NCBI RefSeq assembly: GCF_051623805.1
Contig: NZ_CP130700.1
Location: 2,658,047-2,682,046, forward strand
Length of the DNA stretch: 24,000 nucleotides
DNA from: Marinomonas sp. PE14-40
GTDB lineage: Bacteria; Pseudomonadota; Gammaproteobacteria; Pseudomonadales; Marinomonadaceae
Reading direction: 5' to 3'
Numbering within the stretch: position 1 is the stretch's first letter; every line of letters starts with the position of its first letter. Both the position numbers and the translations under genes were made by a program. Of the stretch, positions 1 to 7,158 are shown piece after piece. The notes under the pieces were generated by a model that saw only the letters and a program-made list of their open reading frames with translations, did not search any database and was not told the DNA's origin.

Positions 1-404
1 GACAATGACACCTCAGGAATATTCATTTTCACTGGCACATCACCACCTTCATCCAAGGTAGCGACGTTTGTATTCGCCATGATTTTTTGACCCACTAGCG
101 TCGATGCAGAAATAGCCTGACTAGAGGTTAATGCACTTGTCATAGATTCTAATTGAGTCGAAATAGTTGATAGCTCTTCAAGCGAGCTCATTTCGGCAAT
201 CTGAGATACCATTTTGTTAGTATCTTGTGGTGCCGTGGGGTCTTGTGCTTTTAATTGCTCAATATAGAGCGTCATAAAAACATCTGTGTCAGTTAACGCT
301 TTAGAATCTTCCTTCGCCTCAACATCGACACCCGCCTTAACTTTGGCGTTATCTGTACCGTACTGGGAAATCAGTCCACTTAAGCTAGCATCAAAATCTG
401 CCAT
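1..404 (-). CDS. flgD: Flagellar hook assembly/capping protein FlgD, N-terminal part (gene runs off the left window edge)
   Basis: Absent from the ORF track because it is edge-truncated. Hand translation of the minus strand from ATG (404-402) gives MADFDASLSGLISQYGTDNAKVKAGVDVEAKEDSKALTDTDVFMTLYIEQLKAQDPTAPQDTNKMVSQIAEMSSLEEL..., open to position 1. The F-x-x-L-x-x-x-Q-L-K-x-QDP-x-x-P core is FlgD-like. A GAGGTAG ribosome-binding site overlaps the flgC stop codon, about 6 nt before the ATG. Synteny is flgB-flgC-flgD. Confidence 0.8.
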   Translation of the reverse strand, partial: MADFDASLSGLISQYGTDNAKVKAGVDVEAKEDSKALTDTDVFMTLYIEQLKAQDPTAPQDTNKMVSQIAEMSSLEELSTISTQLESMTSALTSSQAISASTLVGQKIMANTNVATLDEGGDVPVKMNIPEVSL

Positions 405-413
405 AAACTACCT

Positions 414-863
414 CTACGCCTGCCCAAGAGTTAGCATTTTCTGCATCATACTCTTAGCAGAATTCATCACTTCAACGTTAGTCTGAAATGACCTAGACGC
501 GGACATCATATCAGCCATTTCTTCTACTGGGTTCACATTAGAATAGTAGACATAGCCAGTCTCATTTGCCATTGGATGGTCAGGTTCATATCTCGGCTGC
601 AAAGGAGCATCAGATTCAACAATCCCTTTTACCTCAACCCCAACACCTGCTCCAAACTCATCATTTGAAACTTCATTCCAACCATAACCACGCATAGATT
701 CTTGCATCATGGTTGAAAAAACAGGTTTACGTGCTCGATAGGTTTGATCTTCCGAACTTGAAACCGTTTCAGCATTGGCAATGTTACTCGCTACCGTATT
801 TAAACGAATGGTTTGAGCACTCATTGCCGAGCCAGAAATCGCAAAGATATTATTAAGTGACAT
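414..863 (-). CDS. flgC: Flagellar basal-body rod protein FlgC
   Basis: 149 aa. The N-terminus MSLNNIFAISGSAMSAQTIRLNTVASNIANAET and C-terminal rod-protein motif (EEMADMMSASRSFQTNVEV) are typical of FlgC. It lies 2 nt after flgB. Confidence 0.9.
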   Translation of the reverse strand: MSLNNIFAISGSAMSAQTIRLNTVASNIANAETVSSSEDQTYRARKPVFSTMMQESMRGYGWNEVSNDEFGAGVGVEVKGIVESDAPLQPRYEPDHPMANETGYVYYSNVNPVEEMADMMSASRSFQTNVEVMNSAKSMMQKMLTLGQA

Positions 864-865
864 TC

Positions 866-1267
866 TTATAAGCCTCCATTAAGGGCTTTCTTCATCGAAC
901 TAATTTTTCGATCAAGGAACATAAAACTGGTATCAAACTGCAAAGAGTTCTGAGCAAATTCAGCTTGCTCTCGTTGCAAGTCCACGGTATTCCCATCCAA
1001 AGAAGGTTGAGACGCTACACGGTACGATAAATCTTCGTCTTCACGAATCGAACTTGAGGCCAAATCAAAATGCTTAGAATTAGTTGATCGCATTTTCATA
1101 GCATCACCCTGAACTCGAGACATAGCTGATGAAAAGCTAATATCACGTGCCTTAAAATTAGGGGTATCTGCGTTAGCAATATTATTCGCAAGAACAGCTG
1201 CACGATCACTTCGAAATTTCAAAAATTTATCATGACCTGCAAAAGCACTATCAAACGAAATCGCCAT
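866..1267 (-). CDS. flgB: Flagellar basal-body rod protein FlgB
   Basis: 133 aa. It has the rod-protein N-terminal motif (RAAVLANNIANADTPNFKARD) and C-terminal DGNTVDLQREQAEFAQNSLQF. It sits immediately upstream of flgC. Confidence 0.9.
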   Translation of the reverse strand: MAISFDSAFAGHDKFLKFRSDRAAVLANNIANADTPNFKARDISFSSAMSRVQGDAMKMRSTNSKHFDLASSSIREDEDLSYRVASQPSLDGNTVDLQREQAEFAQNSLQFDTSFMFLDRKISSMKKALNGGL

Positions 1268-1312
1268 TTATGAGCCTCTTTTATTCATTCAATTCATAGA
1301 GTCTCTTGATAA

Positions 1313-1328
1313 AGCAATTATGATGCCA
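1313..1328 (-). promoter_or_regulatory. Sigma54 (RpoN)-type -24/-12 promoter upstream of flgB
   Basis: The minus strand reads TGGCATCATAATTGCT, i.e. GG-N10-GC with flanks matching the TGGCAC-N5-TTGC(A/T) consensus. It lies about 46 nt upstream of the flgB ATG. flgB operons in polar-flagellum systems (Vibrio, Pseudomonas) are RpoN-dependent. Confidence 0.6.
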
Positions 1329-1476
1329 ATTCAGAAAGACACTCAAACCCAATAGAAACGCTTACACTTCTATTACTTTTTAGTTTGAACGGCAAAAAGC
1401 GGCAACAAAGTGGAGGACGAAATGCGGCAAGCAAGCCTATAAAGCGATTCGACCCTTTTTCATAAAAAATAGGCAT

Positions 1477-1505
1477 AAAAAAAGCCAGTTATCGAAATAA
1501 CTGGC
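1477..1505 (-). terminator. Rho-independent terminator downstream of cheR
   Basis: The minus strand reads GCCAGTTAT-TTCG-ATAACTGGC (perfect 9-bp stem, 4-nt loop) followed by TTTTTTT. It lies about 40 nt after the cheR stop codon. Confidence 0.7.
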
Positions 1506-1542
1506 TTTCAAATTTTCAACACCAAGCTAACTCAGGCTTTTA

Positions 1543-2373
1543 CTATTTAACCCGATAAACAATCCCTGGATGACACTGAACTATTTCAAACATATCAGAC
1601 AAACCACTTAACGCCTCTGAACCACCCAAGAAAAGGTAGCCACCAGGATTAAGGGCTTTATGCATTCTTGTCAGAATATCTAATTTCAAATCAGCAGAAA
1701 AATAGATCAATACGTTTCGACAAAAGATCACATCAAATTTACCTAAAGCGGTATAGCTCTCAATTAAATTTAAATATCTAAAGTCAACACGACTACTTAT
1801 TGCAGATTTGATTTTCCAAGAACCATTTTCTTGCTTATCAAAGTATTTCTTTTGTCTATCAACAGCGAGCCCACGAGCAATAGCAAGGTGATCATATTCA
1901 GCCTGCTTAGCGTGAGCCAATATATTCGTACATATATCTGTCGCTATAATTTTCTCACCAGACCTTAACACACCAGGATTAGAAGCTTTAAACTCATCAA
2001 TAACCATACTGATAGAATAAGCTTCTTGGCCTGTTGATGCCGCCGCCGACCAGATTCTCAACGCTGACTTTCCCTTTTCGGGAAGTATTCGGTCTTTTAA
2101 AATATTAAATGGATGAGCGTCACGAAACCACAAAGTTTCATTTGTCGTCATTGCATTTATTACTTCTTCTTTTAACTTAGCACTACCGAATCTCTTTAAT
2201 GCCTCAACCAATTGTTCGAGCTTAGTAAAGCCCTCTCGCTCCAACAATTTCCCCAAACGGCTCGCGACAAGATATTGCTTATTATCACTAAGCAAAATGC
2301 CACAGGCTTGTTCTAGGTAATTGCGAAAATGTTCATACCCCTGAGGAGTTATGGCATTTGTACTACTCAGCAT
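1543..2373 (-). CDS. cheR: Chemotaxis protein methyltransferase CheR
   Basis: 276 aa. It has the CheR N-terminal helical domain followed by a SAM-methyltransferase fold (RIWSAAASTGQEAYSI, FDVIFCRNVLIYF). It lies between cheV and flgB, as in Vibrio/Pseudomonas-type loci. Confidence 0.9.
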   Translation of the reverse strand: MLSSTNAITPQGYEHFRNYLEQACGILLSDNKQYLVASRLGKLLEREGFTKLEQLVEALKRFGSAKLKEEVINAMTTNETLWFRDAHPFNILKDRILPEKGKSALRIWSAAASTGQEAYSISMVIDEFKASNPGVLRSGEKIIATDICTNILAHAKQAEYDHLAIARGLAVDRQKKYFDKQENGSWKIKSAISSRVDFRYLNLIESYTALGKFDVIFCRNVLIYFSADLKLDILTRMHKALNPGGYLFLGGSEALSGLSDMFEIVQCHPGIVYRVK

Positions 2374-2436
2374 CTAGCCCCCGACACCATGTCCTTCCAA
2401 TAAAATTAATAGCACTAAAGATTATTCCTTTAGCCA

Positions 2437-3372
2437 TTAATTTGCTTCAATTTGCTTCTCAATTGCTTCAATCGCAATTTTAGCTAATTCATCCGGCTGG
2501 AATTTTGCTAAGAATCCATCTGCGCCCACTTTCTTAACCATCGCTTCATTAAATACACCACTTAATGAAGTATGTAATAGAATGAAAAGTTCTTTCAGTC
2601 GACTATCATTTCTGATTTCAGTTGTGAGGGTATAGCCATCCATTTCAGGCATCTCAATATCAGAAATAATCATGGAGAATTCTTTAGTAACATCACCACC
2701 GTCGTCTGCCATATTTCTTAGGAAGTCGATTGCTTCTCGACCATCACACAAAACGGTTGTAGCAAAGCCAACATCTTCCATACAACGCTTAATTTGTTTA
2801 CGTGCAACACTTGAGTCGTCAACAATTAAGATATGATGTTTTACAGCTTCTGTTTGGAATTCTTCACTAACAATACCCGTTGAAATATTTTGTTTTGTTG
2901 GGGCAACTTCAGAAAGAATTTGCTCAACATCAATAATTTCAACCATTTCTTTTTCTACCTGGCAAACAGCCGTTAGGTAGTTATCGTTGGATAGTCCTTT
3001 TGGTGGCGGCTGAATATCACTCCAGTTCATGTTAACAATACGCTCAACACCTTTAACCAAAAAGCCCTGAATTCTGCGATTATATTCAGTAATAATGACA
3101 AAGCATTGATCAATATTTTCAATCGGGCTGTCTCCAGTCGCCAAACCAAGATCAAGAATGGGAATAGTTCCACCTCGAATGTGCGCTACACCACGAACAA
3201 CTGGGCTACTGTGAGGCATGCTGGTCAACTTAGGACACTGAAGAACTTCCTTTACTTTAAAAACATTGATTCCATACACTTGCTTTCCATTCAAGCGAAA
3301 TAGCAATAACTCAAGGCGGTTCTCCCCAACTAACTGGGTACGCTGATTAACGCTTTCGAGAACTCCGGCCAT
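2437..3372 (-). CDS. cheV: Chemotaxis coupling protein CheV (CheW domain + receiver domain)
   Basis: 311 aa. The N-terminal CheW-like part (ELLLFRLNGKQVYGINVFKVKEV...) is followed by a C-terminal response-regulator receiver (ILIVDDSSVARK ... ISDIEMPEMDGY ... K). Confidence 0.9.
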   Translation of the reverse strand: MAGVLESVNQRTQLVGENRLELLLFRLNGKQVYGINVFKVKEVLQCPKLTSMPHSSPVVRGVAHIRGGTIPILDLGLATGDSPIENIDQCFVIITEYNRRIQGFLVKGVERIVNMNWSDIQPPPKGLSNDNYLTAVCQVEKEMVEIIDVEQILSEVAPTKQNISTGIVSEEFQTEAVKHHILIVDDSSVARKQIKRCMEDVGFATTVLCDGREAIDFLRNMADDGGDVTKEFSMIISDIEMPEMDGYTLTTEIRNDSRLKELFILLHTSLSGVFNEAMVKKVGADGFLAKFQPDELAKIAIEAIEKQIEAN

Positions 3373-3510
3373 AAATGCCTCCTACTTGTGATGACACGAT
3401 TTGAGATTAAACTCTTAAATAGAATATATCGTCCAATGATAGAGTGAATTCTGTTATTTTACTAATCCCTTTAACACCCACTTTTAAATTTTTATGGAAA
3501 TAACTGCTCT

Positions 3511-4200
3511 ATGAAGCAATACAAGTTAATTTCAATCATATTCGCGTTGCTGTGTAGTAATGTTTTTGCCGCAACAACAGAAGAACAAATTAACTATTTT
3601 ATAAAAAATATCGAGTTACCTAGATTAGCGTCTAGCTACCCGAATGCAGAAATCATTATTAACTTAGAAAACAGAGGCGGGTTAAATTACCTTCCCGCGT
3701 GTGACCAAGCAATATCAGTTGAAAACCAAAGAATAAACTCAAAAAAAAGAACAACTTACGCCATTTCCTGTCAAAATCCAGAATGGAAGTCATTTATCCC
3801 AGTATCACAAAAAATCCTGGTAGAAGCGATCAAAGCAATCGCACCAATAAGAAGAAAGCAAACAATTGACGCAAGCAATACTGTCTTAGGTAAAGTTGAT
3901 TTAACGCAAGTTAGAGGTCAGGTTTATTCACCAGAAAAACCACCTTACGGCCTCATTGCAAAACGTAACATAAATATAAATACCTTTATAACCAAAGAAT
4001 TAACAGAGCTCCCTATTATTGTTAAACGAGGTCAAAACGTACTTATTTCGGCTCAAAGTGGATTAATTAATGTCAAAATGAATGGCGTTGCTGCTGAAAA
4101 CGGTACCTTAGGACAACAAATAAAAGTTAAAAACGTAAGTTCTGGTCGTTTTGTGTACGGTAAAGTTGTCTCTGAAGGCGAGATTCGAGTAAACTATTAG
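3511..4200 (+). CDS. flgA: Flagellar P-ring assembly chaperone FlgA
   Basis: 229 aa with an N-terminal signal peptide (MKQYKLISIIFALLCSNVFA). The C-terminal motif GQQIKVKNVSSGRFVYGKVVSEGEIRV is typical of FlgA. It diverges from cheV and lies upstream of flgM-flgN. Confidence 0.8.
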   Translation: MKQYKLISIIFALLCSNVFAATTEEQINYFIKNIELPRLASSYPNAEIIINLENRGGLNYLPACDQAISVENQRINSKKRTTYAISCQNPEWKSFIPVSQKILVEAIKAIAPIRRKQTIDASNTVLGKVDLTQVRGQVYSPEKPPYGLIAKRNININTFITKELTELPIIVKRGQNVLISAQSGLINVKMNGVAAENGTLGQQIKVKNVSSGRFVYGKVVSEGEIRVNY

Positions 4201-4249
4201 GAAATCAGTGAAGAGATTAAAATAACTTTGTATTTATTCATTAAATACC

Positions 4250-4276
4250 TAAAGTTATAGGTCAATATGCCGATTA
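4250..4276 (+). promoter_or_regulatory. Sigma28 (FliA)-type promoter upstream of flgM
   Basis: TAAA-GTTATAGGTCAATAT-GCCGATTA, i.e. TAAA-N15-GCCGAT(T/A)A, matches the FliA consensus TAAA-N15-GCCGATAA with one mismatch. It lies about 50 nt upstream of the flgM ATG. Confidence 0.75.
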
Positions 4277-4327
4277 AAATGTTAGGCAGGTAAAAAGTTT
4301 TAGGCAAAAACTTAGAGGCGAAACAAA

Positions 4328-4639
4328 ATGGCATTTAATATCAATGGGTATGGCAATCAACCCAGCGTAACAAAGAATGATAGATTACAAAAATCTAACG
4401 ACGAACAAGAATCAAGCAAATCTGTTCAAGCAGAGAAAAGCGGCACACTCACTGATGATACAGTGAAACTAAGTGGTGCAGCACAATCAATGCAAAGTCA
4501 TCAAACTAAAATTAATAGTATGCCAGATATGGACATGGCTAAGGTCGAGCAAATTAAACTAGCGATCTCCTCAGGTCAATATAAAGTTGATTCAGAGAAG
4601 TTGGCGAGCAATATGGTTGCCATGGACTCAATGTTTTAG
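4328..4639 (+). CDS. flgM: Anti-sigma-28 factor FlgM
   Basis: 103 aa, hydrophilic and disordered-looking. The conserved C-terminal motif is KVEQIKLAISSGQYKVDSEKLASNMV. It sits between flgA and flgN. Confidence 0.8.
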   Translation: MAFNINGYGNQPSVTKNDRLQKSNDEQESSKSVQAEKSGTLTDDTVKLSGAAQSMQSHQTKINSMPDMDMAKVEQIKLAISSGQYKVDSEKLASNMVAMDSMF

Positions 4640-4660
4640 AGCTAAGACAAACTAATTACC

Positions 4661-5137
4661 ATGCTGCCTCTCATCCCTGTACTTAAACGAAATTTAGAAT
4701 TATTAAATATTCTTCTCGATCTTTTGACACAAGAAAGAATTGCTTTCGGCTCTTTAAATACAGCTCGCATCCAAGAAATATCTGAAGCTAAACAGTCTGC
4801 CATTGACGAATTAGATTCACTTGGAGAAAAACAGCACAAGATCCTCTGTAAATTTGGGGTCATTAACCCAAGGAAACCTGAACCAGGTACATTTAAAAAC
4901 TGGTTATCTCAACAGTCTCCCGATGATGAAACCCGCCTTCTAGTTGAAGAATGCGAAGAACTACTTGTCCAATGTAAAGGCAAAAACTTTGCCAACGAAA
5001 GAGTATTAAGTTCTGTACGTCGTCGTAATCAAGCCATGCTTGAAATCCTTAAAGGCCAAAACAAGAAACACAGAGTCTATACTGCAACAGGTGATAGCCG
5101 ACCTATCAGCAGCAAACATATCATTGGAAGCGCCTAA
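4661..5137 (+). CDS. flgN: Flagellar export chaperone FlgN (probable)
   Basis: 158 aa helical protein with the N-terminal pattern LLNILLDLLTQERIAF...EISEAKQSAIDEL. It lies directly after flgM. The call rests mainly on synteny and general FlgN-like character. Confidence 0.65.
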   Translation: MLPLIPVLKRNLELLNILLDLLTQERIAFGSLNTARIQEISEAKQSAIDELDSLGEKQHKILCKFGVINPRKPEPGTFKNWLSQQSPDDETRLLVEECEELLVQCKGKNFANERVLSSVRRRNQAMLEILKGQNKKHRVYTATGDSRPISSKHIIGSA

Positions 5138-5210
5138 TTAAGTGTTTATAATCAATGACTAATAATTGAAATAAACACAAATTTAAGGTATAAAATATCC
5201 CATATACGAA

Positions 5211-5286
5211 GTCCTCATAGGTAAACAGGATATACCTGCCGCCTCCTAAGCGGCTATTCCAGGTTCGAGTCCTGGTGAGGACACCA
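5211..5286 (+). tRNA. tRNA-Arg (anticodon CCT)
   Basis: A 76-nt cloverleaf folded by hand. Acceptor stem GTCCTCA/TGAGGAC; D arm GGTA-AACAGGATA-TACC; anticodon arm GCCGC-CTCCTAA-GCGGC (anticodon CCT); 4-nt variable loop; T arm CCAGG-TTCGAGT-CCTGG; discriminator A; encoded CCA. Confidence 0.9.
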
Positions 5287-5403
5287 TCTCTAATTTATTT
5301 CTCCCCAATTAAACCCAACCTTTTCACTTTCTTTACAATTCACTGAACTTTTTATATACCAGAATGTCCTAACTGAAGTTATTAAATTTCTCTGGATAAG
5401 CTA

Positions 5404-5973
5404 ATGATAGAAATGCTCATTAACTGGACTCAAAACCCAGCCTTACTCTTTATTGGCATCATTCTTATGTCATACCTACTAGAAGATGCCGCCATCATAA
5501 GTGCCGCTCTTTTAGGTGTAGAAGGTAGTCTTTCATACACTGCAGGCTTGATATCTATTTTCATTGGAATCGCCAGTGGTGATTTAATTCTTTACTACTT
5601 AGGCAAATCCAGCCACAAGGTTCAGTGGGCAAAAAAGAGACTAGAATCAAAGACAGGCATAGAAATTAGTAAACGCCTACAAAGGACTGCATTTTGGTCA
5701 ATTTTTATTATTCGCTTCATTCCAGGTTTAAGAAGTATTAGCTACTTAGCCTGTGGCGCATTAAAAGTCGACCTCAGAGTCTTTTTCCTTTCTGTCATGA
5801 GCGCCACTGCGCTATGGTGTATCTTTATCTACAGCGCTATTTTCTTCATTGGTGATGCCCTTTGGCTAACTGATTCAGCTTGGCGTTGGGCACTTGCCCC
5901 AGTTCTACTTTTGATTATTTATTTTGCTAATAGACAAGTTAGCCAGGCCATCACTAAGGAGCCTTCAGTTTGA
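5404..5973 (+). CDS. DedA/VTT (SNARE-associated) family integral membrane protein
   Basis: 189 aa with several hydrophobic helices. It has DedA-type motifs (LEDAAIISAALL..., GDLILYYLGK, FIIRFIPGLRS). Its stop codon overlaps the start of the next gene (TTGA). Confidence 0.7.
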   Translation: MIEMLINWTQNPALLFIGIILMSYLLEDAAIISAALLGVEGSLSYTAGLISIFIGIASGDLILYYLGKSSHKVQWAKKRLESKTGIEISKRLQRTAFWSIFIIRFIPGLRSISYLACGALKVDLRVFFLSVMSATALWCIFIYSAIFFIGDALWLTDSAWRWALAPVLLLIIYFANRQVSQAITKEPSV

Positions 5974-7094
5974 AAACACACAGCATCCCATTACCAAAAG
6001 GTATTAATGAAGGTATGCCTCCTCTTGAGGTGAGCGATAACATCACCTCATTTTTTGAGTTTTGGCCAGCATGGGCCATGTACACACCCGTCATCATTCA
6101 GTGGTTATTATTAAGTGCAAGATACAGAAGCCTGAGCCTCCCACTTATTGCTAATCCAAGCATTCCACTATCTGGCATGGTTGGTGAATCTAAATCTGAC
6201 ATTCTAGACTTAGCATCAGAGGCGTCGTCAAAATCAATCTGCCAATTCACCACTTACCATAGAGGCGAGGCGAACACGGCTGAAGCTGATGCGAGTCAAG
6301 CTTTAGAGAAATACTATCAAAAAGGCCTTTCCCTTCCTCTGGTTGCCAAACCAGACTTAGGCTGTCGTGGGGCAGGTGTCAGGCTAATTAATCAAGAAGA
6401 ACAACTAGTGGATTATCTTAAGGCTTTTCCACTGGGTGCTAAGCTACTCTTACAAGAGAGATCACAATACCAAGCTGAAGCGGGTATTTTTTATATTCGT
6501 TACCCAGGTCAAAGGCAAGGCAAGATCATTTCTATCACCTTGAAATATACGCCTTGGGTAATCGGTGATGGCGTAAGTACCTTAAAGCAATTAATCATGG
6601 CAGATAAAAGAGCAGGAAAGCTATCTCACATCTATCTAGATCGTCATGCAGACAAACTAGAGACAGTATTAGCCAAAGATGAAGCCTTCCGCCTCGCTTT
6701 TGCAGGTAGCCATAGCCGCGGCAGTATATTTCGCAATGGCAACGAATATATAACCGATGCTTTGACACAATCGTTAGACACTTTCTTTGATGGTGTTCCT
6801 GGTTATCACTTTGGTCGCTTAGATCTCAAATTTAAAAACATTGATGATCTTATGGCAGGTAAGAACTACCAAATTTTAGAGATGAATGGAGCAAGTAGTG
6901 AAGCTACTCACATTTGGGATAGCCGAACTAGCCTCAGAGAAGCATTCCAAACTTTATTAAAACAGTACCAAATTTTATTTAAAATCGGTTATTTGCAACG
7001 TAAAGAAGGTCATAAGCCCCCTTCTCTTTTAGAACTTTATAAAGCTTGGCAAGAAGAAAAACGTTGGGTTAAAGACTATCCTTCAACCGACTAG
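5970..7094 (+). CDS. ATP-grasp family carboxylate-amine ligase with an N-terminal hydrophobic segment
   Basis: 374 aa. ATP-grasp motifs are LPLVAKPDLGCRGAGVRLI (phosphate-binding region) and ILEMNGASSE (E-x-N Mg/ATP site). Hydrophobic stretch FFEFWPAWAMYTPVIIQWLLLSA lies near the N-terminus. The track start is TTG and overlaps the DedA stop; an internal ATG (MPPLEV) is an alternative start. Confidence 0.6.
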   Translation: MKTHSIPLPKGINEGMPPLEVSDNITSFFEFWPAWAMYTPVIIQWLLLSARYRSLSLPLIANPSIPLSGMVGESKSDILDLASEASSKSICQFTTYHRGEANTAEADASQALEKYYQKGLSLPLVAKPDLGCRGAGVRLINQEEQLVDYLKAFPLGAKLLLQERSQYQAEAGIFYIRYPGQRQGKIISITLKYTPWVIGDGVSTLKQLIMADKRAGKLSHIYLDRHADKLETVLAKDEAFRLAFAGSHSRGSIFRNGNEYITDALTQSLDTFFDGVPGYHFGRLDLKFKNIDDLMAGKNYQILEMNGASSEATHIWDSRTSLREAFQTLLKQYQILFKIGYLQRKEGHKPPSLLELYKAWQEEKRWVKDYPSTD

Positions 7095-7158
7095 CCCAAT
7101 GAAAGCAAACAAGTAATAACAAAGATACTTAGCTGCATAATTAATTTGAGACACATGT

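Noticed and set aside
3373-3510. Sigma28 or sigma54 promoter for cheV in the cheV/flgA divergent region.
   Set aside because: The best -10-like match (GACGATAT, minus strand ~3433-3426) lies ~35 nt from the only TAAAG element instead of ~15 nt. No GG-N10-GC element was found.
5138-5210. Possible flgN terminator: GTGTTTAT ... ATAAACAC inverted repeat.
   Set aside because: The loop is ~21 nt, the stem is AT-rich and there is no T-run. It is not convincing as an intrinsic terminator.
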